64,000 bases of DNA from Felis catus (Eukaryota): NCBI RefSeq assembly GCF_018350175.1, contig NC_058375.1:28086001-28150000 (forward strand), in the 5' to 3' direction. How positions within the stretch are numbered: the stretch's first letter is position 1; each line of letters begins with the position of its first letter. Made by a program: the position numbers and the translations under genes. Of this stretch, positions 31,803 to 44,035 are shown one piece after another. The notes below the pieces were generated by a model. It saw only the letters and a program-made list of their open reading frames with translations. It was not told the origin of the DNA and searched no databases.

Positions 31803-33956
31803 CAGGGAGAGGCGATCAGGGGCGGGAGGCACAGAAGCTAAGCCTACGCCTTTAAGTACAGACTATATTTACTTCCTCTGCACAGTGGACCGTTTCCGTA
31901 CTTTTATTCCTGCGGTGTTTATTCCCATGTCTAGCCGTGATTGTACAGAGTCTCCCAAAGCAGCGATTCCTGATTTGCCTTAGAACATCTTCTATAGCAG
32001 TGGAAAGGGTTTTTAAAATATTCAGTTGATTCAGGCAGCAAGCAGAACATCCTCTGGCCTGAGTGCTGTCTGCGAGTCTCTCGCTTGTTACAGTAACTTT
32101 CCTCTACGACTGATTTCAGTTTCCATTTGCAAATGTAACCGCCACCTGTGCCTTCTCCTCGTGATTGGATTTCTGCATCATATTCCTGCATCACAGCCGC
32201 CCAGGAACCTCAAAGCTGGGGGGGTCTATCCTCAAATCATTTAGCCAGCTCTCCCCCACACAAGGTTTACGTATCTTAATTTTGTTCCCAGTTTCTGACC
32301 CAAATCATCCTGCCCTGATCTGTCCTCAAACTCTGCCCATTGGTAATGTTGCTGATTGTTGAATGCTCTTACCCGTGACTCCGTTTCCTGGTTTTCGGTT
32401 TTTGTTTTTGTTTTGTTTTGTTTTTTTCTAAGCAGATTCTTAGGGGTTGCACTCAGCTAAGCAGGTTGGGTGATGGTTGGAGAGCTTTCTAGTTAACTGG
32501 GTCGTGCACAGTAGCTATAGCGATCTTCATGCTTGTCTCCTTGGAATAGTCACGTCCCAAGAAAACCAGGTCAGGTCAGAATGGAAGAGGATTGGGGATG
32601 CTTTTCCCTCCTGGCTCTCTACTGAAGAATGTCAACGCTGGGACCGCAGAGAAACATTTCCCCAAGTGAGTTCCATTTGGTCCACACGGCTCCGTGACAT
32701 GTGAGCCCCTTGTCATCAGTTCTTGGTCGAGGATGGTAGAAAGGATAAAGAGAGAGGAGGTCATGGTCATTGACACCACGGAGAAGGCACAAGGAAGAGA
32801 AGTGGTCATGGTCAATGGAATGACATCCATAGCAGAGCCAGGCTGGCTCCCTCGGAAGATCCTAGTGGGCTCCCCAGGGTGTGGGTGCTGTCCGGAACCC
32901 CCCAGATATTCCACCTTGGGTACTCACAAGGAGGTCCTCTGTTCGGGTTGTGGCTTTGAGTTCGCAAGTCTGTCATATTCCGTCTCCTGGACTCAGGAGA
33001 GGGTGGCAACGCATGGGGTGGCTCCCTTCCCTTCGTCTCGGGGACCTTCAGCCCATGGACAGACCAATACAGTTTTGGAAAGCCTGCTGGGAGGCCCTGG
33101 GAAGAAGAACCTCAGACTGAGGTTCTGAGATACAGTTCCCAGCTGCTGCTTCTCATAAAGGACCAACACCGCGGGCTGCTGCTTCCACCCAATCTCTTGC
33201 CTGTTGAGTTCTTCAATCTCAGGCCCTATGATAGAGACCAATTGTGGGCTGTCATGTGCACAAACATCCTTATGTTCCTGTGTGTTTCCCAGCCTCCCTT
33301 ACAGTTAAGTTGGGGCCATGTTGACTGGTTCTAGTTAATGAGCTGTGGGCAGAACGGATGTCGGTGATTTCCAGGATGGCACCCGAGAACATCCCATGAC
33401 ATTACCGAGCCCCCTTTTTTCCTCCCATGGCAACAGTGGGAGCTGCAACTCGAGGATGGCAGTGTTGCATGACAGAGGAGCCTGGGTCCCCGAGTCACCC
33501 CTGGAGGAGTGCCGCTTGACCCACTGGGGTAGGCAGAATTTTAGCTGCCATGACCTTTGCCTCTGGTGTTATGTCCATGAATATATTACATACATTACAT
33601 GGCAAAAGGCTTTGCAGGTATAATTCAGATTACTAATCAGATAGGGAGATTATCCTGGCTGATCTGGATACACCCAGAGAAGTCACACTAGCCCTAAAAG
33701 CAGAAGGGGAAGGCAGAGAGATGTGGGGAAGAGAAGTCAGAAAGATTTGTAGAGTAAAAAGGACTTGATGTGCCGTTGCTGGCTTTGAAGATGGAAGAGG
33801 CCATGAACTAGGGAATGTGGGCAGCTTCTAAAGGCTGAAAATGACTCAGGCCAACAACCAGAGAGGAAATGGGGACCCCAGTCCTATGATCTGCCAATAA
33901 CCCCAATGAACTTGGAAGCAATTCTTCTCAGAGCTTTCTGATAAAGAGCCCTCCTA

Positions 33957-34167
33957 GGGGTGCCTGGGTGGCTCAGTCGGTTAAGTGTCCGACTTTGGGC
34001 TCAAGTCATGATTTCACGGTTTGTGAGTTAGAGCCTCGCATCAGGCTCTGTGCTGACAGCTCAGAGCCTGGAGCCTGTTTCAGAGTCTGCGTCTCCCTCT
34101 CTCTCTGCCCCTCCCCTGCTTGTGCTCTTTCTCTTTCTCAAAAATAAACATAAAAAAAAAAAAAAAA
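33957..34167 (+). mobile_element. SINEC_Fc
   Basis: Full head, body and A-tail. Confidence 0.94.
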
Positions 34168-34175
34168 GAACCCAT

Positions 34176-34400
34176 GGGGTGCCAGCGTGGCTCGGTCGGT
34201 TAAGCGTCCGACTTCAGCTCAGGTCATGATCTCATGGTTTGTGAGTTTGAGCCCCACGTCGGGCTCTGTGCTGACAGCTTGGAGCCTGGAGCCTGCTTCG
34301 GATCTGTGTCTCCTTCTCTCTCTGTCCCTCCCCAACTTGTGCTCTGCCTCTCTATGTCTCTCAAAAAATAAATAAATGTAAAAAAAAATTATAAAAAAAA
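34176..34400 (+). mobile_element. SINEC_Fc, head-to-tail with previous copy
   Basis: Outer TSD aaaga(g/a)ccctcct; junction aaagaaccc. Confidence 0.94.
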
Positions 34401-34504
34401 GAACCCTCCTGGCCAACACTTTGATTTTGGCCTTGTGATACCCTAAGTAGAGGACGCAGTCAAATCCCCACTTGGACATCTCAACTATTATAAGACAATA
34501 AATG

Positions 34505-34507
34505 GTT

Positions 34508-34543
<36 letters not shown>

Positions 34544-34742
34544 ATTTTACAGAGAGAGAGCACAAGTGGGGGAGAGGGGGAGAGGGAGAGAGAGAGAGAG
34601 AGAGACAGAGACAGAGAATCTTAAGCAGGCTCCACGCTGAATGTGGAGCCCTACACGGGTCTCGATCCCGTGACCTTGGGATCATGACCTGAGCCAAAAT
34701 CAAGAGTCAGACACCCAACCGACTGAGCCCCCCAGGTGCCCC
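34505..34742 (-). mobile_element. Older Can-SINE whose tail has become a (TATC)n microsatellite
   Basis: gaatcttaagcaggctccacg..aaaatcaagagtcagac; (TATC) about 8 units at 34509-34543; TSD caataaatggt. Confidence 0.9.
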
Positions 34743-35344
34743 AATAAATGGTATTTTTAACAAGCGGCTACTGTTGTGGTCATTAGCAATGGCAGTACTA
34801 GAAAATGAACACACCTAGATGCGATTTTGTGTGTGTAAGGAAAAATCCTTCCAGCCAGTGAGATGCTAGAGCCTCCCTGTTGTAGCAGCTAACGATGCTT
34901 ATTCTGATGAATGCAGCGCCCCCCACCCCGTGTGCAGGGAGCAGAGCTCCACGCAGGCCATGAGGCACAGGAGAGGACGAGGACACTGCTCCTGAGGCAT
35001 CGGAGTGTCTGCTTAGGTCTCCTGGGGAGCCCACAGGGTCAACAGAGGTGGGTGCTCCACCAGGAGTGAGCTCAGGCCTCTTGAACCCTCGGGAGCAGGA
35101 ATGTGGCCCAAGAAGAGAAGCCTAGCGGGGAGAAAAGGCAGGTCTCCCAAGATCACATAGCAAAATAGCAGCAGAGCCGAAGCCGGAAGCCAGGCCTCCC
35201 GACTCGAAGGCCCGGGCTGTGTGCCCAAGCTGGGTGCTACTGAGATTCGCATGGGAGCGTGCACGCGTGTGTGAGCTCCAGGTGCACGTGCGCGGGCTCC
35301 ACGTGTGCTTGCCAGGCCGGATTCCTCCTTCCCCAGCTCCCGGA

Positions 35345-35560
35345 TCTCCAGGGTTAATGCTCCGCTCAGGAGGCTGAGAACAGCCTCTCCCCTTTGGTAA
35401 TTGAAATCAATTTCTCAGCCTTATCTTTAGGAAACCTATATAGTCTAGACTGTAATCTGAAAGCCTGGGCTCGGGCAACTTTTAAATGAAAACTCCTCTG
35501 CGAGGAGGCGGAGGGGGGGAGGGAACAAGTGGCTTGCCTCTTCCCACAATTTCTCAAGGA
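35345..35560. promoter_or_regulatory. Enhancer-like island
   Basis: GTTAATG, GGTAATTGAAATCAATTT, CTTATCT, TGTAATCT, TTTTAAATG. Confidence 0.35.
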
Positions 35561-35965
35561 GCGCATGAGTGTGGAGGTGATGTCTCTCTTCTTTTTCCGG
35601 GTATTTGGCTTCTGAGTACGTGAGAAGGTGTTTGAAAATGTGTGAGCATATATGTGTGCGAGGATGTGAGTGTGTGGTGGTGCGGGGTGTGGTAGAGTGT
35701 GTTAGGATGGGGGAAGATGTGTGTGTGTGTGTGTGTGTGGCTGGACACAGGTGGGGAGGCCCCCTCTTTGTGTTTATTTTTGCCTCTGAGCCTGTGAGTA
35801 CACGGTGTAGGAAATGGCAGAGAATGTGTTCTCAAGTGCAGATGTGTGTGTGCAGGTGCCTATGGGAAAATTCGTGGGCTTGTAAATACGTGTGGGATCA
35901 GAGAATGCATATTTATGTGTCTCATCTGAGAAGGCATTCCTCCTGGGCCTCACCTCTGAATTCCC

Positions 35966-36105
35966 NNNNNNNNNNNNNNNNNNNNNNNNNNNNNNNNNNN
36001 NNNNNNNNNNNNNNNNNNNNNNNNNNNNNNNNNNNNNNNNNNNNNNNNNNNNNNNNNNNNNNNNNNNNNNNNNNNNNNNNNNNNNNNNNNNNNNNNNNNN
36101 NNNNN
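35966..36105. other. Assembly gap (140 N) at a SINE tail
   Basis: Run of N. Confidence 0.99.
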
Positions 36106-36268
36106 GTGAGCAAGCAGGGGAGGTGTAGAGAGAGGAAGAGAGAGAGAGAATCCCAAGCAGGCATCAGCGCAGAGCCCGAGGTGGGGCTTGAACTCACGAA
36201 CCGTGAGATCACGACCTGAGCCGAAACCAAGAATTGGATGCTTCACCGACTGAGCCATCCAGGCGCTC
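36106..36268 (-). mobile_element. Can-SINE (tail lost in gap)
   Basis: gaatcccaagcaggc..gactgagccatccaggcgctcc. Confidence 0.9.
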
Positions 36269-36644
36269 CAGGAACAGTTCCTTTTAATGCCTCCAGTGGC
36301 CTGACTACACTGCTGCTCATCCCTGAAAACCATCCTAGCCCTCCGGCTTTCCCCTGTGCCCCCGGGGAGGAGGAAAGGCCCTTGATTTGTCTACTCTGGA
36401 GAACCCTGTCCTTCCCCAAGCCCTGGCAAGGTTCCATCCAGAAGGTTCCTCTCTAAAGGATGATGTGCCTGTGGGCAGGGGCCCTGGCTAGATCTCAGCC
36501 TCCGGGGGAGGCCTCTGGGTGTCACTCAGCAAGTGGATGTTCCGCTTGCCAAAGCTGTGGCATTAGACACAGAGGCCCACGCAGGTGAGGACAGCTTCCT
36601 CCCCGCCCCTCCCCCAGCAAAGGGTCCCCCACCCTCCCCGAATC

Positions 36645-36745
36645 CCCATGGATTTCTCATTTGAAGTCAATCAGCCTTGAAATCCCTGCCAGTGCCTGCA
36701 GGGTAATTATGGGGCTGGTAATCAATGCCAGACTCTCAGCTGCCC
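36645..36745. promoter_or_regulatory. Enhancer-like island
   Basis: GTCAATCA, GGTAATTATGG, GTAATCAATG, CAGCTG. Confidence 0.3.
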
Positions 36746-38864
36746 TGGGTGGGAACGGCACAGTTTCCCTGGACTCCAGAAAACACTGGAAGTGGTAGTA
36801 ACAGCCGGGATTGGGAGGGTCTGGCCTGGAAATAGCCTCCGGCTCGGATGGGGAGGAGCTGGGAAGGAGGGAGGTTGGCGTTGGAGCTGCTTCCCAGCGA
36901 GGCCTGGGGGCAGACGGTGGCTGCGGCACCAGAGAGGACAGGTATTTCCCTACCCTGTGACTGGGGGAAGTGTGGGGCACTGTGGGAAGGGCTGCGCGTG
37001 GAGGCAAGGACGGCACAGGTACCAAGTTAGCATCAGCCCCTGAAATGTCTGAGATCGGGACCTCTGCCCTTCTATCTGAGTTCTGTCCCCCGTGAAGCTA
37101 CCTGGGCCCTGATTACTTTGGTAAGTGACAGTGTTGGGGGTGGGTAGAGCGGCCGCAGCTGTGGTGAGGGGTGACGGTGGCATCAGGAATAGGAGGCTGT
37201 AACAGGTGACTTGAGGAAAGTGGGGAAGGGGGGTGGGGATGGTTATGGCAGAGCTGGAAGGACTGGTGGTGTTGGCGGGGCCGGGGGGGGGGGGGGGACG
37301 CTGTGCTGAAACTGACGATGCTGGCTGTTGGTAGCGATGGCGACCGTGGCGGGGTATGGGAAGTGTGACAATGGCAGTGAGATCGTGGTGAGGGAGAGGG
37401 TACCCAAGGGTGGTGACAACTTTTGAAGAAGGAACCAGAGGCGGGGTGTGTGCACACGACTGGACACGACCCACAGGAATGGGGTGAGGAGACGGGGGCC
37501 CTGAAGAAGGGGGCGGTGCCTGCCAGTGATGGCCAGGTGGAGAGGGTTTGAACCGAGAGAGCTGTCCCTAGCGTCGGCAGTGTGCTAAGGTGCCAGGGGC
37601 TCAAGTCAGGCAGAGGGCCGCTGATTCAGCAGCCAAGGGATTTTATGGGCCCCCTTGTGGCATGAAAGTCAGGAAGGTGGAGCTTGGATCCTAGAGAAAT
37701 AGCTCAACTGGAATCAGGAGCCCAAGCAGAGAGCCGGGTAGGTGATCGGAGGATAAGCCGCGATTCTAAAGGCCAGCAGTGTGGATGCCAGTCTGAGAAG
37801 GGGTGAAAATGTCCCCCGGCCTTGGGGACTTGCCAGGATTTAGGTCCTGGCATCCCGTATAGCTCCTGCCCTGGTGCTTTGGGTTTTGCCAGCCTTCATA
37901 CCCTTTGTTCCTCCAGAGAACTTTGTTGTCAAGGTCAGATCAGTGACCAAGCACCTGGGCGTCTCTTTGCTGCCCAAACAGACTCAGAACCCAGTGTCCT
38001 AGATAGAGGAGGCTGAGGGTGCTACACAATCAGTGTATGAAAGCCCCAGACTCCGGCTTGGGCTCACATCTGCTTTCCCTTTTGTGGCATTGTCCTGTGA
38101 TGAAGAGTTTAGGGTTGAGGATGCAAACAGACCGCGTTCAAGTCCTAGACCTGTCCCTTCCTACTTGTGTGACCTTGGATAACGTCCTTGACTCCGTCTC
38201 CTTTCCTGTAAAATGGGAGTGGTGTTACCAGCGTCCCAGATTGCTGTGAGGAGTGCGTGGCAGAGACTGAGGTGGCCCCAGTAGTCCCACCCTCTTGGAG
38301 TTCCTGTTCTTGTACAGTCTCCCTCCTGTGGGCATGGGTGGGACCTGTTCTAGCCAATAGAACCATCTTATGTCATAAAATCATAGAAGCAACTATGTAT
38401 GTAATACATGTGTGTATGTAGTATGCATGTAATCATATATGTAATCTATGCATGTCATAATATGTATGTATGTAATCTACGTATGTACTATAATCAGAGA
38501 AGTAACTTCTGTCCGTTAGAAACAACCGTTACTTCATCAAAGCCAGCAGGGCAGAGAGTCTCCGAGCCACATGGGAGAGGTTTGAAGGAGGGGCAGGAGG
38601 AAGGGCAGAAGGCAAGGTACGGGGTCAGTGCCAGCCTATCCAGCCTGCCAGGTGGCCGCTCCTACAGCACCATTGGACCTTTGTCTCCATGCACAGCCTG
38701 ACTCATCCCTCCCGTAGACGCCGGGAGGCCTTCTCTTAGGCACTGCCTCCTGAGACTCTCTAGAGGCCACTGTACCCAGAAACAAGGCCCCCGGGTGGCC
38801 CCAGGACAAGCCTCAGTGCCCACGCTCAGAAACAGCACCTTGGGGGGCCAGTGTCAGGCTTAGG

Positions 38865-39005
38865 GTGACTCTGTAAATCAGAGCATTTTGATGCATAAAA
38901 TCTGGAAACGCAAGTCTATGAATCGTAATCGAGCATGACGAAATCTCATCAGCAGAAGTAAATATGAAATTCGAGATGACAGGGAGAGGCACAGATGTGT
39001 TCCCG
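38865..39005. promoter_or_regulatory. Enhancer-like island
   Basis: GTAAATCA, GATGCATAAAAT, TATGAATCGTAATC, GTAAATATGAAATT, CAGATG; retains several CpGs. Confidence 0.35.
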
Positions 39006-39457
39006 AGTTCCCGCCCCACCCCCTCCCCTCAGCTCCGGCTCCTAGTGCTACCCCCAGATTTATTCTCTGCACACACCAAATTAACCTCAGGTGCCTCTGA
39101 TGGCTCAGCTCAGCCACCACATCCCTCTCTCCACCTTTCTGTCCCTTTAGGAGCCGGGACGTTTTCCCCCGCCTGATGCCTCTGTGACAGGAGCCAGCTC
39201 AACTTTGCTGTTCATTTGGGCGTAGACCGTTGTCTGGGAAAGAGCTGGTAACAGTGGGCATTTATTTACGAAAAGGCCTGTGCTGAATGCCTTTCCTGCC
39301 CTCCCTGGAGGGTTGTCTCCACCAGCTTTCTGCTCCTCCTCCCAGAAGGCCCATCCCAACCAGGACGGGCTCCTGCACAGCGGTGGCCCTCTAACCCTTA
39401 CTGTCACCCCCCGAGGGCCTGCATGAGCACCCCAGAGAGCCAGAGGATGGCTTAAAA

Positions 39458-39715
39458 CCATGTTGCCCAGAGTATGTTCTGTTGAGCGTGTTTGGGGAAA
39501 AGTGGGTGTGGACAAATAAGCTTGGGCAGCGCTGGTTAAACCAAGGCACGCAGGTTTCCTTCTCGCAGGCCTTCTCTGAGCCTTTACTGTCCTGATCTGA
39601 AATGTAAAGTTCCAGGACGGGGCTGGGGCAGACAGGCTTTCACAAACTTACTTGGCCATCGGCAACATTCTAGCCACAGCCCATCCTGGCCCCAGCATCT
39701 CCTCGGGCGAATATT
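39458..39715 (+). mobile_element. MER112 (hAT-Charlie)
   Basis: gtggacaaataagcttggg..cgctggttaaac..caggtttcctt..gcaggccttctctgagccttta..caaacttacttggcca. Confidence 0.7.
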
Positions 39716-40329
39716 CCCTTTAGATAATGTTCATAGAAGACCGTGAGGCCCATTCCCTGATTGTAGGGCCATCTGGGTCCCAAGCAGGAGCCCAGGTTGG
39801 GGGTAGGCCGGGGTGTCTCAGCCTTCTGACCTCTGAAAGAGCAGTGACTGTAAGTCTATGGCAGGTTGGGAAGGGGATGGGCCAGGGGGTGGCTTCCCTC
39901 AAGGGGGATCTGTCTGTAGAGAGGCTGACCATTTATCAGAGTGAGTCACCAGTGTGTGAGTGCATGTGCACGTGTGTATGTGTGCATGCACAGACATACA
40001 TGTGTGTGAGCCAGTTATGATGGTAATTCACCACCTCCAACGTGCAGGCCTGGCATGGCACCGGGCCTGGGGCAGAGAGTACAGACCTCGTCTTGGGAAA
40101 CTCCTCTTCAGGTGGGTGAGCTGAAATCCCAAGGCTGACAAAGTCCTCAGACTAATGGAGGAAGCACTTCTGGCCTTGCCAGGGCCCCAGTCTTCCTTAT
40201 AGGAATCTGCAATTCCACGGGGCAGAAAACAGCCCACAGAAGGAACACATTCGTGGAGCACATGAAGATGCAACCCTGCACACAATCAGTGTGCACACAA
40301 GGCTTAACATGTATCTATGCACACATGCT

Positions 40330-40558
40330 ACGGTGGGCAGAATTCTAAGATGGCCTCCAAACCTTGTATGATCTCCTCTTCTTAAGTATGGGTGGGACCT
40401 GCGAGTATGGTGGGTACTACACCCTGTGACCAGGTTATGTTTTATGGCAAAAGTGAAGGGATTTTCCAGACGTAATTAAGGTCCCTAATCAGTTGACTGT
40501 GTTAATAGGAAAGGTGGGCCTGACCTAATCAGTTGAGGCCATAAATGAAGGTCTAGAG

Positions 40559-40598
<40 letters not shown>

Positions 40599-40885
40599 CT
40601 TCTGCAAACTTTGCAAAAGCATGCTGCCATGAGCTCGACAGCTACAAGGAAAGGCATTCTGCCAACAACCACATGAACTTGGAAGACGACCCTGCACCTC
40701 AGATGAATTCGCAGCCCAGGCCAACCCCTTGGATGCAGCCTTGTGAGACCATCTGCAGAGGATCGGCTGGGCTGTGCCTGAATTCCTGACCCATGGGAAG
40801 TATGAGATAATACTTGGGTGCTGTTTTCAGCTGCCAAATTTGTGGCAATTTGTGGTATTGCTATGCAGCTTTCAATACTAATACA
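40330..40885 (+). mobile_element. MaLR LTR (MLT1E2-like) with internal (GA)n
   Basis: ggtgggcagaattctaagatggcc...gtaattaaggtccctaatcagttgact...ctaataca. Confidence 0.85.
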
Positions 40886-41498
40886 CAAACTCTCCATTCA
40901 GTGAAGGTACATATACCGAGAGACATCCATCCATACAGAGACGCACCTATACGCAGACATATAAATATTCACGCCTCTCCATTTTCAGGTACACCGTGCT
41001 CACAGATGTAAAAACATATTTATATGCATAAACGTATATATATACACAAGCACATACACATTCTTAGTTACACACACACACACACATTTGCATCCATAAA
41101 CACAGAGGTAGGCTTGTACACAATCTATACAGCCACATTTACGTGAACATTCAGACGCAGTAGATGCATATGCACACACATAACAGTGAAGAACATTATA
41201 AAATACTTTCTATGTGCCAGGCACTGGTTTAAGTTCCTCGTACATATAAACCCACTTCAATACTTCCACAGATATAGAGGAGCATATAGATGCTGATCTT
41301 CCTACCATGGAACTTCTGTAAAATACCACACCACTGTATACTACAGGGGCCCAAAGTGAAGACGTTTCTCAGCTGGAGCAATTTCTCAGGGCGGATTCTG
41401 GTGGAGCGTTTTCCCTCTCCCTAAGTGCCTGGTAGGTAAGTTAAGACCGTCCACTCCTTTCCCCTGCCCAGGGAGGGGCCCAGAAGTCACCCCCACTC

Positions 41499-41517
41499 TC
41501 TCCACTAGGTGGTGCTA
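41499..41517 (+). promoter_or_regulatory. CTCF-motif match
   Basis: tctCCACTAGGTGGTGCTA vs consensus CCASYAGRKGGCRSY. Confidence 0.45.
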
Positions 41518-41787
41518 GACCAGCATCTTTGGGTTTGATGGGCAGACTCCTGGCAGGCTCTGGGGAGCCGAGCTTAAGTCCTGGTTGAGGAAAGACAGAC
41601 AGGAGAAAGAAAAAAACTCCTGGCCACAACATCCCAATCTCCATCTGTTCCCTTTCTGTCCAACATAGCCAATATGTTCCGGGACCAGTGGTGCCCTCCT
41701 CGGCTGGGGGCTTGGGTGACCGTGCTGGTAGGTCCTGGCCTTGCCTAACACCCTGCTGAGGACAACTAGACATCTGAGCCCCTGGTC

Positions 41788-42017
41788 NNNNNNNNNNNNN
41801 NNNNNNNNNNNNNNNNNNNNNNNNNNNNNNNNNNNNNNNNNNNNNNNNNNNNNNNNNNNNNNNNNNNNNNNNNNNNNNNNNNNNNNNNNNNNNNNNNNNN
41901 NNNNNNNNNNNNNNNNNNNNNNNNNNNNNNNNNNNNNNNNNNNNNNNNNNNNNNNNNNNNNNNNNNNNNNNNNNNNNNNNNNNNNNNNNNNNNNNNNNNN
42001 NNNNNNNNNNNNNNNNN
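41788..42017. other. Assembly gap (230 N) at a SINE tail
   Basis: Run of N. Confidence 0.99.
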
Positions 42018-42162
42018 AGAGAGAGGGAGACACAGAATCCGAAGCAGGCTCCAGGCTCTGAGTGTCAGCACAGAGCCCGACGCGGGGTTCGAACTCATGA
42101 GCCTTGAGATGTGACCTGAGCAGAAGTCAGACACACAACCGACTGAGTCACCCAGGCGCCCC
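42018..42162 (-). mobile_element. SINEC_Fc (tail lost in gap)
   Basis: gagacacagaatccgaagcaggctcc..cccaggcgcccc. Confidence 0.93.
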
Positions 42163-42169
42163 AAGACTC

Positions 42170-42370
42170 TACTCATTTATTTAACAAACCTATGCACCAT
42201 TTATTTTGATCTAGGCACTGTCCCACGTTCTTACAAATATTAACACATGGAATCCTCATAACAACCCTATGATGTAGGTACTCTTACCATGTCATTTACC
42301 AATGAGGAAACTGAGGCACAGAGAGGTTATGTGACTTGCCCAAACTCACAGAGCTAGCAAATGGCGGGAA
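42170..42370 (-). mobile_element. MIR
   Basis: atgaggaaactgaggcacagagaggttatgtgacttgccc. Confidence 0.85.
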
Positions 42371-42659
42371 GAAAGGAGAGAGGGCAAGGAATCTTCACCC
42401 CATTTTAGAAATGGAGAAACTGGGTAGCACAGCACAAAGGCTAAAGAGGCAGTGGAGGTATGTGACCTCGAACTCAGAACTCAAGTCCAGTGCTGGGCTT
42501 TTTTTTCCTGAACCCTGAAGTGCATGAAGATTAAAGCTGAGGCTGTAGCTGAGTGGGGGGACTGTGACAGTAGCAGAAGAGAGCTTTCTTTACATGCTCC
42601 AGTGACCCCTCACTAGGGATCTGGAGTCCAGGAAGCAACTTCCTGGCCAAGAAGTGCTC

Positions 42660-42885
42660 TTTTCAGGAATTTCATGTGGATTCTGCATAAAGGCATAAAA
42701 GGTAGGGCCAGCTCCCAGCTGAGGCCCAGCCGCGGGTGAGTCTATAGACTCAGACGCTGGAACGGGCCTTTTACAAGATACACAACCCATTCTACACTCA
42801 ATTGCGTCCCATAAATCAGGTTAACCTTTTCAACGCAGCTCGGAGAAAATTAATTACTCATATCGGAGCACATGACCTTTTTCCC
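42660..42885. promoter_or_regulatory. Enhancer-like island
   Basis: GCATAAA twice, CAATTG, CCATAAATCA (PBX-HOX-like), AAATTAATTAC. Confidence 0.35.
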
Positions 42886-43153
42886 GGGCAGGATGAGCCG
42901 AGCTGCTCCTAAGCACTGGGCTCCCTGTTCTCTACACTGCGGCATCCCAGCCGTTAGGAACCTACCCAGCAGCCCAAGCATTCAACCAAGGACAGCCAGT
43001 TACTTACATGTTTCCCAGGGGTGACCATGCTGGGTGACTCAGCGCCCCTCCTAGTGACCAGGTCCTTCACAATGGGCTATTTGGGGCTGATGATAGGGAA
43101 GGAGAACCGCCCCTGTCCTTCTTGCAAGCCCTGGCTTGGCTGAGCAGGGGGAG

Positions 43154-43213
43154 GGAAGGAAGGAAGGAAGGAAGGAAGGAAGGAAGGAAGGAAGGAAGGA
43201 AGGAAGGAAGGAA
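43154..43213 (+). repeat. (GGAA)15 microsatellite
   Basis: Perfect tetranucleotide run. Confidence 0.97.
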
Positions 43214-43819
43214 GAAGCATTTGAGGATTCTACATTCCCTTCTGGGGAGAGTTTTTCTAGTCTGAGAGGACCTCCATTGGGATCAGATAGTAAGTTTCCC
43301 ACTCAGGGAACCCCCTGGCCTCACCCCACACTCTGACACCGTCCAATCAGCTCATCAACATCTGACTAATTGACCATCCTACCGTCCAAGCAATCTCACC
43401 CAACAATCCAAGCAAACAGACATTCACCACCCACCTAACGAGCCAGTAGGCAACCGGGCAGAAAGTTTGTATTGAATTCTCGCTTTGTGCAGCCCTGGGG
43501 GAATGCAGGTGCAAAAGAGGACACGGGTCCTGTCCTCCAGAGGCTTATGGTTCAGTTGGGGACACAGCACTTCAAGGAGGGGACAAGACAGCGCAGAATT
43601 ATTGAAGATGTGAGGACAGGCACTGGATGAATTGTGGAACTTTCTGTTCTTGTAGGGGTTGGTCAGTGTATTTATTTTCAGTGCCTCTAATTGTCAGCTG
43701 CTGGCAACACGGAGCAGGCCATTCAGTCACCTGGAGTTTCCTCTTGACCATTGTCCCAACCACCCATGTGTGTCCTGTGGTGAAGACCGGGTCCTCCTGG
43801 CTTTCGAGTTGGACAAACT

Positions 43820-44035
43820 TTCCATTTGAATCCTGGCTCTGCCTTTAATTAGCTGACAGTCCTTGAGCAAGTTGCTTTGCCTTGGAGCCTTCATTTTCTT
43901 GTCCAAAAAAAATGGGTATAATAAGACCTACCTTATAGGGATGTTGTGAGAATTAGCGAAATGATGCCTGCATAATGCTTAGTACGGCTCCCCGCACATA
44001 GTAAGTGCTCATTAAAGGTCAGCTAGGATTATTAC
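43820..44035 (+). mobile_element. MIR
   Basis: tttgaatcctggctctgcc..ccttgagcaagtt..atagggatgttgtgag..cacatagtaagtgctca. Confidence 0.85.

Larger units (their letters stand above)
33265..34915 (+). mobile_element. Old MLT1 (H/J-like) LTR split by an MLT1E-like LTR (about 33524-34813)
   Basis: Outer 5' tttcccagcctcccttacagttaag..ccatg..gactggttctag; inner ggtaggcagaatttt..ggcaaaagg..taatcag..agaaaatgaacaca; outer 3' resumes at about 34814. Confidence 0.65.

Noticed and set aside
32694-33128. 144-aa ORF with a protein-like start (ERIKREEVMVIDTTEKAQGREVVMV)
   Set aside because: GTG start, likely antisense of a degenerate L2 segment, no homology recognised, no clear splice sites.
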